Source: Malacoraja senta (Eukaryota). From it: DNA of 64,000 bases. A program made the translations under genes and the position numbers. Location: the NCBI GenBank assembly GCA_038087875.1, contig CM075992.1, forward strand, positions 11,472,001 through 11,536,000, in the 5' to 3' direction. The notes below the pieces were generated by a model. It searched no databases and was not told the origin of the DNA. It saw nothing but the letters and a program-made list of their open reading frames with translations. Shown here piece by piece: positions 1 to 12,887 of this stretch (position 1 is its first letter; each line of letters opens with the position of its first letter).

Positions 1-1261
1 GAGGCAGCACCTGGACCGCATATGCTGCGGTCCACCCTCATTGAGACCGAGCCGAGCCCAGTACCGCTAGCGCAGCCTGACCAACAGCAGTGGACTGGAG
101 GCAAATCAAGACAAAAAACTGACCGGCCGGTTATTTCTGACTCCAATGAGGAGGGCTCTCCGCCTTAGAGCGGCAGAGCTAGCCGCCTGAGCCGCATGGA
201 AAGGCTCATGGAACAAATGCTCCAGCGAGACTTGCTTCGGGAGCTGGAGCAGTCTCGCCAAGGGAACTCAGGCACTCCCACATCAGTGCTCTACAATGCA
301 CTGGCCATCGCTTCCCCCTCAGCTGAGGGCAGCGTTGGCGACCAGGGCTGGGCTGGTCAGGAACAGGGGGTCATTGGCTGAAGATGTCGGGAGTACGCTT
401 GGGGTACAGGATCAGGAAGAGCTGCTGGGTGTGGAGAATCGCTACGTGGCTACACCACGAGCAGGGCGGCCGTTGCAGTCAAAACTGGCGGCCAGCATTA
501 ACCACCTGTCCCTCAAACCCCTATAAGAAGAGAAATCTGGGGGTATGTTGGACAGAGTATCCGGAAACAGGAGCTAAAATTACACGTATCCTCAAGCTCC
601 TGACGACAAGGATAACATCCTATGCTCGTTCCGTGGATGGGGTGGATATGACCACCAACCAGCAAGACACTCTGGCTCTGCTGTGCAACACTCAATATGA
701 GATAAACAACCTCCGCAAGGAGAGAATAAGACCTGCCCTCAATTCCAAAAATGCAGGACTGTGTACAACACCGGCCTCAGAGCCGCAGATCCCGTTATTT
801 GGAAAGGACTTGACAAGTGAAAGACCTGGAGGAAGAGTCCAAAGCATTTGGCCTCATGAGGCAGGCCCCGGAACGAGCAGACCCACACAACCCAGAAGGC
901 AGTACCCACCGCATCCACCAGTCGACGTCAAACTTATGGGACTGGTGAAAGCTCGGGGTCCGCATACCATCCCCGAAAGCCTTTTTTAGGCCAGGGCCCA
1001 GAGCGGACCCCATGGAAAATGCGCCACCCCCAACCAGCAGTACATCCAGCAGTACAACAACGGATGAAGAAACTGACGAAAGGAACACTTCCATAATTAT
1101 GGAGGTAGGTGGGTCTGGTTCCTACCAGCATATAAAAAGTGGGAGAACTGTACTAACAGGGGAGATTACACCTGTTCATTGAAGCATGGAGGTCTGTCAC
1201 GAATGATAGTTATATACTTAACAATATTCGTGGATATAAAATAGAGTTCATTCAAGAAAAT

Positions 1262-3022
1262 ATGCCACCAGTTCAGCATGTACCCCAAAGGGTCTTTACC
1301 CTCTCAGTCAAAGAAAAACTAGAGGGTCAAGCAGAACTGGTGAGGTTACTTACAAAGGGTATCATTGAGAAATCCAAACATGAACCTTTGGAATTTGTCT
1401 CAAATATATTTACCAAAGACAAAAAAGATGGTGGATGTCGCATCATCATTGACTTCACTAAATACCTTTGTTAAGTATGTACATTTCAAAATGGAAACAT
1501 TTGTAACTGCCAAACAATTGATTTCCAAAGGATACTTTATGGCAGGTATTGATTTAAAAGATGCCTACTATACAGTACCCATTCAAAAGGGTTATCGCAG
1601 ATACCTGAAATTTACCTGGATGGGGCAACTATGGCAGTTTAAAGCGTTGCCTAAATGGGTTAACATCAGCCCAAAACTATTTACCAAGATATTAAACCGG
1701 CCTTGGCAACATTGAGAAAACACAGACATATTGTCATAGCATATCTTGATAATATTCTAATAGTAGGAAAAACCATGGAGTTGGCTAAATCAGCTGTATT
1801 AGCTACCAAACAATTGTTTGAAACCCTGGGATTTGTCATACATCCAGATAAATCTAAGTTGACGCCATCCACAACTATGGACTATCTGGGATTCACGATT
1901 AACTCAGTCCACATGTCCGTAATGTTGCCAAAAGATAAAGTAGCAGACTTGGCACAGACGTGTAACAATTTAATGGTTAGCAATCGACCAACCATCCGAC
2001 AAGTGGCAAGAGTAATTGGCAAAATGGTAGCAGCATTTCCAGCTACACAATTTGGACCCTGCACTATCAAAACCTACAAAGGGCAAAAGTACAGGCATTA
2101 AAACGACATGCAGGTCACTTTGACCGGACCATGAAATTACCCATTGAAGCTATATCAGAGTTCCAGTGGTGGATAGAACACATTTGGCATAGTTCCAGCC
2201 CTATCATCATCAATAACCCAACATTAACTATACAAACAGATGCCAGTGCTCAAGGCTGGGGAGCAACTAATACCATATCCAGCACAGGTGGTAGATGGAC
2301 TAACCTAGAGTCATCTTTGCTACAAACACTGGGCATAAATTATTTGGAAATGTTGGGTGTGTTTTATGGTTTAAAAGCATATTCTACAAATATGCACCAT
2401 TTGCATGTTCGTTAAAAAATTGATAATACCACGGTGGTGGCCTATGTTAAACCATATGGGCGGAATAAAATCGATATCATGACAATTTGGTCTACAAAAT
2501 CTGGCACTGGTGTGTCGATAGACATATTTGGCTATCAGCAACTTACCAACCAGGTAAGCTAAATACAGTGGCAGACACCAGGTCACGCAAATTCAATGAT
2601 AAACACCGAATGGATGTTAAATCCTAGAGTTTTTGCTAAAATTTACAAAGCAATATGGCACACCAGATATCGATCTCTTTGCATCCAGACTAAATTATCA
2701 GGTACCAATGTATGTCGTTTGGGAACCAGACCTGAGGCAGCAGCGATAGATGCATTTGCGCTGAACTGGGGAAACTATTTATTTTATGCTTTTCCCCTTC
2801 TGCCTCATCAGTAGGGTACTACGCAAAAATACAGATGGACTCTGCTACAGGTATTTTGATAGTATCAACTGGCCCACACAGCCATGGTTCCCAGTGGTCC
2901 TCGACATGGTCATCGAAACTCCTATGACCTTTCCCAGTAGCCCAGACCTATTGACGCACCCGGTATCAGGCATAAGTCATCCATGCCATGACAAAATTAA
3001 CCTACTGGGTTGCAGATTATAA
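1262..3022 (+). pseudogene. DIRS pol: RT + RNase H + DNA-methyltransferase-like domain, frameshifted
   Basis: Motifs are split over several ORFs: HFKMET, DLKDAYY, YLDN (YLDD mutated), TDAS, DLFASRLN-like, DAFALNW..YAFP. Confidence 0.9.
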
Positions 3023-3030
3023 AAAGACCA

Positions 3031-3982
3031 ATGCTGGGCATGGAATTGTCTGACAGGACCATCAACACGATGACAGCGTACCACCGTATGTCCACCAGGA
3101 AACAATACCTATCGAGCATCAGGAAGTGGGGAAAGATACTGCTCCGACTACTGGGACAAAATACTCATCTACAACCATAACCCAATGTACTGGAGTTCCT
3201 GGGGGGCCTTCACCATATTGAAGGACTGAGCTACAGCGCCATCAATACTGCCAGAAGTGCTCGGTCAGCCTACTTAAAACAAGTACCAGGACAACAGGCC
3301 ATAGGGTCTCACCCGCTGGTGATCAAACTCATGAGGGGTATATTCAACTCCAACCCCCCCTAGACCTAGGTACACCCAAATCTTGTATGTCAGTGTGGTC
3401 CTGACATACCTAAGGGGATGGTCACCAGCCAGGTCTCTCACCCTGGAACAGCTAACCCTGAAAACGGTCATGCTGATGGCACTAGTCTCAGCACAATTAG
3501 TCCAGTCCCTCCTCTTACTGCGACTGGACAACATGGTTATAACACCAGACCGGGTCTCATTCACCATTCAAGAGCTGCTAAAGCAGAGCAGGCCAGGAAT
3601 TTCAGGCCTAGTTATGGATTTCCGGGCATACCCACCTGACCCACGGTTCTGTGTCATGACTCACCTACTCACTTACATCAACACAACAAGAGATTCCCGA
3701 GGGAGAGAAAAAGCCTTATGGGTCAGCCACAAGAAACCTCATGGTCGGGTGTCAAGCCAAACCATCTCAAGATGGCTCAAGCAGGTACTGGGAGCTGCTG
3801 GAGTAGATACTGATGTATATACATCTCACTCCACCAGGGCAGCATCCACATCGGCGGCTAAAAGGATGGACGTACCACTGGACCACATCCTGGCTACAGC
3901 GGGGTGGTCCATGGAGAAAACGTTCCAAACATTCTACAACAAGCCGCTAGCAGAACCTGTGTTATTTGCAGAAAGAGTTTAG
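3031..3982 (+). pseudogene. DIRS tyrosine recombinase, disrupted
   Basis: The 3383-3982 ORF has HSTRAAS, AGWS and FY. The first catalytic Arg reads SAQL here versus SAQR in copy 2. The N-terminal part is frameshifted. Confidence 0.9.
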
Positions 3983-6720
3983 AATCTGCAAATATATATT
4001 TTAAGCCCGAGGAGCATTTTGTCTTTTGTTATTGTTAATTGAAACCATTATTGTTTACAAACAGATTCATGGTTGATTACGATAACATACTTCCTCCCTT
4101 GAAGGACTTCGGCAGTGAGTGAAGTATGAACTGTTACACGGTTTGAAATCACAGAGCTTTAAAATCTTCACGTAGTCACTCACGTGACTCCGAAGTAAAA
4201 TAGTAAGATTAAACGAGAACTTACCAGTTTGAAGTTTGATCTGTATTTTATGAGGAGTTACGATGAGGGATTACATGCCCTCCGCTCCCACCCTCAAATA
4301 TAGAGATCAACTGGTATCTTAGTTCTCCTTTTCTTTACTATGTTTATTTCAATTGTTGTTTCCTGTGATTCCACCACGGCTGCTTTGAAGAATGTCGCGC
4401 ATGCGTGCTGGACGGGCTCTTCACGTAATCCCTCATCGTAACTCCTCATAAAATACAGATCAAACTTCAAACTGGTAAGTTCTCATTTAATCTTACTATT
4501 TTATCCCTCGTTATCCTTTTGCTATTCATATAGCTGTAGAAACCCTTTGGATTTACTTTCACCTTACTTGCCAAAGCAACCTCATATCTTCTTTTAGCTT
4601 TTCTAATTTCTTTCTTAATATTCTTTTTACATCCTTTATACTCCTCAAGCACCTCATTTACTCCATGCTGCCTATAATTATTGTAGATCTCTCACTTTTT
4701 CCGAACCATGTCCAATTTCCCTTGAAAACCATGGCTCTTTCCAATTATTACTCTTTCCTTTCAACCGAACAGGGACATAAAGATTTTGTACTCTTAAAAT
4801 TTCACCTTTAAATGTCCTCCATTTCTCTACTACATTCTTCCCATAAAACAAAATGTCCTAATTCACTCCTTTTAAATCCTTTAGCATCTCCTCAAAGTTA
4901 GCCTTTCTCCAATCAAAAATCTCAACCCAGTTCTGACTTCTCCATAATTATATTGAAACTAATGGTATTGTGATCACTGGACCCGAAGTGCTCCCCAGCA
5001 CATACCTCCGTCAACTTACCTGTCTCATTTCCTAACAGGAGGTCCAGCACTGCTCCTTGTCTCGAAGGTACCTCTATGTATCCTGCGCACATTTTACAAA
5101 CTCCAACCCATCCAGCCCTTTTACAGAATGTGTTTCCCAGTCTATGTGTGGAAAATTGAAATCTCCCACAATCACTACCTTGTGCTTACTGCTAATATCT
5201 GCTATCTCCTTACATATTTGCTCTTCCAATTCTCGCTCTCATTAGGCGGTCTATAATACATCCCTATAAGTGTTGCTACAACCTTTCCCATTTCTCAGTT
5301 CCACCCAAATAGCCTCCCTAGACGAGCCCTCTAATCTATCCTGCCCAAAGCACTGCTGTAATATCTTCCCTGACAAGCAATGCAACACCTCCACCTCTTG
5401 CCCCTCCAATTCTATCACACCTGAAGCAACGAAATCCTGGAATATTTAGTTTCCAATCACAGCCATCCTGCAACCATGTTTCACTAATCGCCACAACATC
5501 ATACTTCCAGGTGTCAATCCAGGCTCTAAGCTCATCCACCTTTCTTACAATGCTCCTAGCATTAAAATATACACATTTAAGAAACCCACCACCTCTTATT
5601 CTCTGTTTATTATCTTTTTCTTCTTTCTCCCCTACATGTTGGGTCTGAGTGCTTCCCTTCTCTGCCTCCTGCCTCACACACTGTCTACTAGCTTTGTCTA
5701 TTTGAGTCCCTCCCCCCAACTATTCTAGTTTAAAGTCTCCCCAGTAGCCTTTGCAAATCTCCCCACCAGGATATTGGTTCCCCTCGGGTTCAAGTGCAAC
5801 CCGTCCTTTTGTATACGTCACACCTTCCCCAAAAGAGGTCCCAATGATCCAGAAACTTGAATCCCTGCCCTCTACCCCAGTCCCTCAGCCACGCATTTAT
5901 CCTCCACCTCACTCCATTCCTACTCTCACTGTCGCGTGGCACAGGCAGTAATCCTGAGATTGTTACTTTTGCGGTCCTTCTCCTTAACTCTCTTCCTAAC
6001 TCCCAAAATTCTCCTTTCAGGACCTCTTCTCTTTTTCTACCTATGTCATTGGTACCTATATGTACCACAACCTCTGGCTCCTCTCCCTCCCATTTCAGGA
6101 TATCTTGGACACGTTCAGACACATCCCAGACCCTGGCACCAGGGAGAAAAACTACCATCCGGGTCTCCTGACTGCATCCACAGAATCGTCTATCTGACCC
6201 CCTAACTATAGAGTCCCCTATTACTATTGCCGTCCTCTTCTTTTCCCTACCCTTCTGAGCAACAGGGCTGGTCTCTGTGCCGGAGGCCCGGCCGCTGTCG
6301 CTACCCCCAGGTAGGCTGTCCCCCCCAACAGTACTCAAACAGGAGTACTTATTGCCAAGGTGTACAGCCACCGGGGTACTCTCTAGTCCCTGCCTCTGTC
6401 CCTTGCCCCTCCTAACCGTGACCCACCTGTCTGCCTCCCGTGGTCTTGGAGTGACCACCTCTCTATAACTCCTCTCTATGACCTCCTCACTCTCCCTGAC
6501 CAGACAGAGGTCATCGAGCTGCTGCTCCAGGTTCCTAATACGGTCCCTTAGGAGCCTCATCTTGACGCACCTGGCGCAGATGTGGACTTCTGGATGGCTA
6601 TCAGACTCCATGACTTCCCACATCTGACATCCAGAACAATAAACTGGCACTCATACTCCCCCCTTACCTTTATTAAGGTAGTATCTGGGGTTACTCCCAA
6701 TCAGCTGCTTCCTCTAGTCC

Positions 6721-6950
6721 TGCGTGTGCCTGCGTGTGAATGTGTGTGAGTGATTGGTGGTGGTCGGAGGGGCCGTAGGCGCAGATTAGCAGCCACGCTT
6801 CCGTCAGTCTGCCCCCAGGGCAGCTGTGGCTACAGAAGTAGCTTACCACACCGAGTGTGACTGAGGAGTGAATGAATAATGCGATGTAAAGCGCCTTGAG
6901 TATTAGAAAGGTGCTATATAAATCCCATCCATTATTATTATTATTATTAT
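6721..6950 (+). mobile_element. 5'-truncated tRNA-SINE with L2-type tail and (ATT)n, inserted in the CR1 5'UTR
   Basis: TSD TAGTCC at 6715-6720 and 6951-6956. Near-identical to the 3' part of the SINE at 43378-43719. Confidence 0.85.
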
Positions 6951-7034
6951 TAGTCCGCTTCCACCAATCAGCGGCTTCCTCTAGACCACTTGTTTTGAAG
7001 TGTGATGGAACGTTGCAGATTGGGCGCTAGAACC

Positions 7035-7217
7035 GCTCCAACCGCTCCTGGGCCTCTGTGAAACAAAGCCTCGCGCTCCGTTTTGAAACTCACCGCCCGG
7101 ACGCTGCTCCAACCGCTCCTGGGCCTCTGTGAAACAAAGCCCCGCGCTCCATTTTGAAAACTCACCGCCCGGACGCTGCTCCAACCGCTCCTGGGCCTCT
7201 GTGAAACAAAGCCCCGC
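7035..7217. repeat. ~71-72 bp GC-rich tandem repeat, 2.5 copies (probably CR1 5'UTR monomers)
   Basis: CCAACCGCTCCTGGGCCTCTGTGAAACAAAGCC starts at 7038, 7109 and 7181. Confidence 0.85.
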
Positions 7218-7548
7218 CAGGGCCGGCCTTAGGAGGTGCGGGGCCCAATTGGAAACGATTTTGGTGAGCCCCAGGTTCCCAGCCAAGGTCTGTCAGCCCT
7301 GTTACTTAGTATATATTATGAAAATTGTACACTGAGGTGCTATGGATTATACACTGTCTGAATCTCTCCTGCTCCTGTTTGACTGTCAGTAGCTCCACTG
7401 GCTTCCAACCTTTACCATAGCTGCTAATTGCCATTAAACTGCATTATGTGATTGGACACAATGCCCTTGGAGACTGCGGTTGATTGGACGGGAGCATACC
7501 GAATTGTTGATTGGACGGGAATTTTAAGGCAAGCTGGTTGGTGATTGG

Positions 7549-7748
7549 NNNNNNNNNNNNNNNNNNNNNNNNNNNNNNNNNNNNNNNNNNNNNNNNNNNN
7601 NNNNNNNNNNNNNNNNNNNNNNNNNNNNNNNNNNNNNNNNNNNNNNNNNNNNNNNNNNNNNNNNNNNNNNNNNNNNNNNNNNNNNNNNNNNNNNNNNNNN
7701 NNNNNNNNNNNNNNNNNNNNNNNNNNNNNNNNNNNNNNNNNNNNNNNN
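7549..7748. other. Assembly gap (200 N)
   Basis: Run of exactly 200 N. Confidence 1.
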
Positions 7749-8599
7749 GTCAGCAATTGGGAATAAAATCCTTCAGGTGGATCCTTTTCTTTTCTACTTT
7801 GGAGAAATGTATTTGTTTGCCAGTTAAATGTGATCAGAGGTGAGTGCAGGCTGATGTTTGATTGGTGGCTTGCCTTCCTTGCGTTGCATTCTGGGTGTAT
7901 CACGTGACATGGGGCAGCAGCGTGGGGCTGGATGGATGTGGCAGCTCATGTGATGAAACAGTGTGGAGTGTAGGGAGCCAGAGCTATGACTGGAGGATGA
8001 TGGGATTCGGAGCAGATGAAGCAAATGTTTATAGTTGGCAAGCCAGCAAATGGAATAACCTGTCCAAATGTTTCCATTCAATATACATGTGGCATTTAAC
8101 CCGATCATAATCCAGTGCTGAGCTGATGGAACCTGCTCAATACTTGGGGGTGGATTTACTCTAGATCACCTGGAATGCATTTGATCTGCTCTCCTCAATG
8201 TCTGGGATTGAAGTGGCTTCAAAACATGGAACTGGATGAATTTGCTCTCGGGATTCAGGAATGGGCTGGAATATTTCTACAACAATCTCTCAGGACTGGT
8301 AACGATCATTATGATGTTGTTTTCCATTGTCCCTTACCGTGTGAATCTATTACACCAGAATTACACCAAATTGGAAGACACAGAAACAGAAGCAGGAGTC
8401 GGCCATTTTACCCACATGTCTACTCCACCATTCAGTAATACTGTCCTTTACCTCAGAGACACTTACCTGCACCAGCCCAGAATCATTATGTAATTCCCTG
8501 GCATTGTCTAGAGACCATCTCTGTTGGTTCATGGTGGTGGTGGCACTATCGTAAACTATGCAGCCCTGTTGAAGGTGCTTCCACAGTGTTTGATCAAAT

Positions 8600-8905
8600 T
8601 GATTGAAAGATACCGCATGGAAACAGGTCCTTTGGCCCATCGAGTCCTCGCTGGTCAAACATCGATCACACGTTCACACGAGGTCTATGTTATCCCACTT
8701 GCACATCCATTGACTACACACTGGGGTCAATTTACAGTCCAATGAACCTACAAACCAGCACTTCTTTGGGATATGGGAGGAAACTAGAGCACCCGGAGGA
8801 AACCTATGTGGAGAACTTGCAAACTCCACACAGACAGCAGACAAGGGCAAGATCAAACCTGGGTCTCTGGCGTTGTGAGGCTGTTGTTCTACCAGCTGCA
8901 CCACT
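8600..8905 (-). mobile_element. HE1-type (V-SINE-like) tRNA-derived SINE, degenerate
   Basis: The minus strand reads GTGGTGCAGCTGGTAG..CAGAGACCCAGGTTTGATC, the same family as the 11260 and 30303 copies. Confidence 0.75.
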
Positions 8906-8957
8906 CTACTAACCACATGCCTACTAACCACTAACCTACTAACCATCTACTAACCAC

Positions 8958-9098
8958 ATGGGATCAGAGGGTATGGAGAGAAGGCAGGTACAGGATACTG
9001 AGTTGGATGATCAGCCATGATCATATTGAATGGCGGTGCAGGCTCGAAGGGCCAAATGGCCTACTCCTGCACCTATTTTCTATTTTCTATGTTTCTAT
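8958..9098 (+). mobile_element. CR1 3'UTR fragment with (TTTCTAT)n-like tail
   Basis: GATCAGCCATGATCATATTGAATGGCGG..GGCCTACTCCTGCACCTA, matching the 3' ends of CR1 copies elsewhere in the window. Confidence 0.75.
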
Positions 9099-9099
9099 G

Positions 9100-10630
9100 C
9101 CTGCTGCTGAGAAGAAGTTCTCAGACTTAGACCCAGTGATGAAGCTTTGCTTAATTCACTGAAGGTTATTCCCAAGTCAGGAGGGGGTGTAATTTAGACA
9201 GGGACAAAAGTTGTCATGTTCCCATGTGCTTGAAACTCTTGTGCTTCTTGGTGGTAAAAGCCATGGGTTTGGAGCAGCCTGGGTGAGTAACGAATGAATG
9301 AAACTCAAATCACTGGGCACCAATACTTCATTGTGGATGTAGTCAAACTCTTGAGATGTTGGCCATGTATTTGGCCACATTCCTGACTTGTCCCTTGTAG
9401 ATGGTGGAAAGGTTTTGTGGTGTCCAGAGTTGATGCAGGTGCCAGGAGATGTCCAGCCATGTGGTTGGACTGGAGACAGTCATTATTTGGCATTTGTGGT
9501 GTGAATGTCGTGTGACACTGAATGTTGTCTACACCTTGCTGCCTGCAGCCAGGGGCCGCTTCATTAGCTGTGGAGTTGTCGCAGGAATGGGATTTTGTGC
9601 ATCCATCAACAAACATTCCAACCTCTGATCTCCTGATGGAAGCAGCTGAGATGGTTGTGCCGAGGATACTGCCCTGAGCAACTCCTGCAGTGATGTCCCT
9701 GGGGTGGGATTATTGACCTCCAATGACCACAACTGCCTTTCCATGAGTGAGATCTGACTCCATCCATTGGAATGTTTTCCCATTGATGCACACTGACCTG
9801 GTTTACCAGATGCTGCTTAATGCCGCACTCCATCAAATACTGCTTTGCTGTCAGGGGCACGCACTATAGGCCTCTTTGCTCCATCCTCGGGTTTGTGAAT
9901 CCCAAAGTGGGAATCAACTAGTGAGTAATTGATGAAAGCACCTTCTATGTCTCCTCCCATCACTTTGATGATGATCGCGCACCAAGTAGCTGTATTCATT
10001 TGTCCTGCTTTTTGTGACAGGACATCACCTGGGCAATTCACCCCACTGGTAGGGTAGATACTAATGCTAGACCTACACTGGATCAGTTTGACTACAGGTA
10101 CAGCTTGTTTTAGAGAGCAGCTCTTTAATACTACAGCAAGGATGTTATCTGATCACCCAACCTTTACTCTGTCCAATGCTTACAGCCATTTCTTTATCGG
10201 CTCGAGTGAACTGAACTGGCTGAAGACCAGCTTCTGAGATACTGGAGATCTCAGGAGGAACTCAGATGCATCAGTCACTTGTTACTTCTAACTGGGTCTG
10301 GTGCAAAGCTTCAGCGTTGCCTTCAGCACACAATTCATGACCATCATTCATGACTAGGTGTGGTAGGGATGTTGGTCTCCAGAAAGATCCACTATGTTGA
10401 CTTGGCTCTGTCTCCTGCATGGTTTAACTTTGCAGTTTCATTAGTCTGGCATCTCATTCCTGGGTACATCAGGTGTAGATGCCCTGCCTGAGCCAACGTC
10501 GACTCCCTGGTTGGATAGAATTAATCGAGTGAGGGTGTATGGGCCATATGGTTTCAGATGGTGCTGGTGAATGTGTATGCCATTGAAGCCCCACCATGCC
10601 TCATGATGCACAACTTGGAGCTGCCAGATA
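9100..10630 (-). mobile_element. Old degenerate CR1/L2-group LINE fragment
   Basis: RT remnants across frames (DSKAVFDGV; a PQGSVLGP-like stretch near 9670). Many stops. Confidence 0.6.
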
Positions 10631-10674
10631 GGCCCTGACTCTCTACTATATAGAAATTAGAAATGCTTCAGAAA

Positions 10675-10980
10675 ATGTAGTTTAGTGTAGGTTAGTTTAG
10701 TGATACAGAGTGTAAACGGGCCCTATGGCCCACTGAGTTCACTCTGACCCACGGTCACCGGTACTCTAGTTCTATCCTACACACTAGGGACAATTTACAG
10801 AAGCCAATTAACCTACAAACCTACATGTCTTTGGAATGTGGGAGGAAAGCAGCGTACCCGGAGAAAACCCATTCAATCATAGGGAGAACGTACAAAATCC
10901 GTACAGACAGCACCCATAGTCAAGATCGAACCCGGGTCTCTGGCACTGCAAGGCAACCACTCTATCGCTGTGCCACTGTG
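10675..10980 (-). mobile_element. HE1-type tRNA SINE with (CTAAA)n tail
   Basis: tRNA-like head GGCACAGCGATAGAG..GGGTTCGATC on the minus strand, with a CR1-derived tail. Confidence 0.8.
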
Positions 10981-11257
10981 CTGGGCAGTTGATCTCCACA
11001 AGGACAGTGTTGGTCACTTGTACCAATGCTATTGTGGACAGGTAGATAAGATGGAGAACAAGGTTGATCCCTCGCATTGATCCGTTCACTATTCACAGAG
11101 ACACAATCTAGCAGCAACATCCCTCTGGACCTGACCAGTCACAGCCTTCATTAGATAAGGAATTTCTGAGGCTGATGACCTACCGCTTGAAGACATTTCA
11201 TCTCATACTTGCTCTGACTGGATGATCTCTGATTTTGAAAATAATGCTAATGCATCG

Positions 11258-11430
11258 CACTGTGGTGCAGCTGGTAGAGTTGCTGCCTCACAGCGCCAGA
11301 GACCTGGGTTCGATCCTGACCCCGGGTGCTGTCTGTGTGGAGTTTGTCCGTTCTCCCTGTGACTGTGTGAGTTTCCTCTGGGTGCTCCTGCTATTTCCAA
11401 TATTGCAAAGATATGCAAGTTTGTAGGTTT
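11258..11430 (+). mobile_element. HE1-type tRNA SINE, 5' part
   Basis: A box GTGGTGCAGCTGGTAG and B box GGTTCGATCC. Confidence 0.8.
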
Positions 11431-11888
11431 ATAGGTTGTAGTTTACTGCTGAGGGTGGTGGTGGTGGAGGCAGACACAAAGATGGCATTTAAGAGACTTT
11501 TACATAGGCACATGGATATGCAGGGAATGGAGGGATATGAATTATGTGCAGACAGATAAGTGTCTTGGCATCATGTTCAGTGCAGACATTGTGGGCCAAA
11601 GGGTCTCTCTTGTGTTGTATTGTTGAATGTTCCATGTTAATCGGTCTTCATACATTGCCCCTGGTGTGTAGGGAGTGGATGCAAAAGTAGGATAGCATAA
11701 AACTAATGTGAATGGATGACCAATGGTTAGTGTGAACTTTGGATATTTGAGATTGGATTGGATTTAATTTCTGTCAACAGGAAGGGCAAACATTGAATAC
11801 AGTTACTTGTAGGGAGACACTGTGGTAGAAATAGGACTGACCAATCCAAGCTCTCAGCATCAAACCAAGTAACAGAGCATGGGGATTT

Positions 11889-12700
11889 ATGTGTAGGAAA
11901 GAACTGCAGATGCTGGTTTAAATCGAAGGTAGACACAAAATGCTGGAGTAACTCAACGGTACAGGCAGCATCACTGGAGAGAAAGAATGGGTGACACTTC
12001 GGGTCGAGACACTTCTTCAGACTGCTGTCTGGGGAGGGGGTGGGACAAAGATAGAATGTAGTTGGAAACAGTAAGACTAGTGGGAGAACTGGGAAGGGGA
12101 GGGGAGAGAGAGGGAAAGCTAGGGATATCTGAAGTTAGAGAAGTCAATGTTCATACCGCTGGGGTGTAAGCTACCCAAGCAAAATATGTGGTGATGTTCC
12201 TCCAATTTGTGCTGGGCCTCACTCTGACAATGAAGGAGGCCCAGGACAGGAATGTCAGATTGGGAATGGGAGGGGGAATTGAAGTGCTAAGCCACCGGGA
12301 GATCAGGTAGGTTTAGACGGACTGAGCGGAGGTGTTCAGCGAAACACTTGATCGCCGAGCCTGCGCTTGGTCTCGCTGATATAGAGAAGTTCACATCTGG
12401 AACAGCGGATACAGTATATGAGGTTGGAGGAGGTGCAAGTGAACCTCTGCCCCACCAGGAAAGACTGTTTGCGTCCTTGGATGGAGGCGAGGGGGGAGGT
12501 AAAGGGACAGGTGTTGCATCTCCTTCGGTTGCAGGGGAAAGTTTCTCGGGAGAGGGTGGTTTGAGTGGAAAGGGACGAGTTGACCAGGGAGTTTTGGAGG
12601 GAACAGTCTCTGTGGAAAGCAGAAAGGGGTGGAGATGGGAAGATGTGGCCAGTAGCGGGATCCAGTTGGAGGGGGTGAAAATATTGGAGGATTTATGTGC
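11889..12700 (-). mobile_element. Penelope-like element, 3' fragment (GIY-YIG region and 3' end)
   Basis: Homologous to the 3' part of the 32314-34260 element. Degenerate hammerhead motif at ~11991-12022. Confidence 0.85.
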
Positions 12701-12887
12701 TTAGTAAAGACAACTTCTGATGGTTTGTTCTCAATCTAGCAATTCATAAAGCTGTCTTTGTGGCACTATTACTGCCTCTAGTTTGTAATCTCAAACATCC
12801 TCCTTGCTGGAATGTTTTTTGTAATTATATTAAAGTCTTTTTTTACATGTAGAATATCAATTTCCCTCCACCAACATACTCCTTTGC

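Larger units (their letters stand above)
1..4503 (+). mobile_element. DIRS1-like tyrosine-recombinase retrotransposon, copy 1 (left end outside the window, decayed ORFs)
   Basis: Gag-like ORFs at 196-989. RT (IDLKDAY, YLDN) at 1262-2101. RNase H (TDASAQGWG, INYLEM) at 2131-2415. Methyltransferase-like region at ~2596-3022. Tyrosine recombinase to 3982. ICR at 4166-4274 is complementary to the right end at 4425-4503. Confidence 0.95.
4504..7217 (-). mobile_element. CR1 LINE, 5' portion (5'UTR repeats, ORF1, ORF2 endonuclease), interrupted by DIRS copy 1
   Basis: ORF1 at 5790-6650 has a Cys-rich N-terminus and an SGNH esterase (IGDSIVRG, HIGTND). The APE endonuclease start reads YFNARSI..ISETWL (5336-5719). 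Confidence 0.92.

Noticed and set aside
3383..3982. Phage or bacterial integrase (prophage or contamination)
   Set aside because: It lies within a DIRS gag-RT-RH-YR structure with an ICR, in vertebrate repeat context.
7035..7217. CRISPR-like repeat array
   Set aside because: The intervening sequence is also repeated, so there are no unique spacers. Eukaryotic LINE 5'UTR context and no cas genes.
7218..7285. hAT-like terminus CAGGGCCGGCC
   Set aside because: No matching opposite end or TSD was found before the gap, so it cannot be delimited.
11184..11228. Possible 45-nt minus-strand exon (RSSSQSKYEMKCLQA) with AG / GTAGGT
   Set aside because: Open only as phase 0-0 among the frames checked. 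The phase-1 reading needed after 24979 hits TGA. Weak polypyrimidine tract and no ADGRE similarity.
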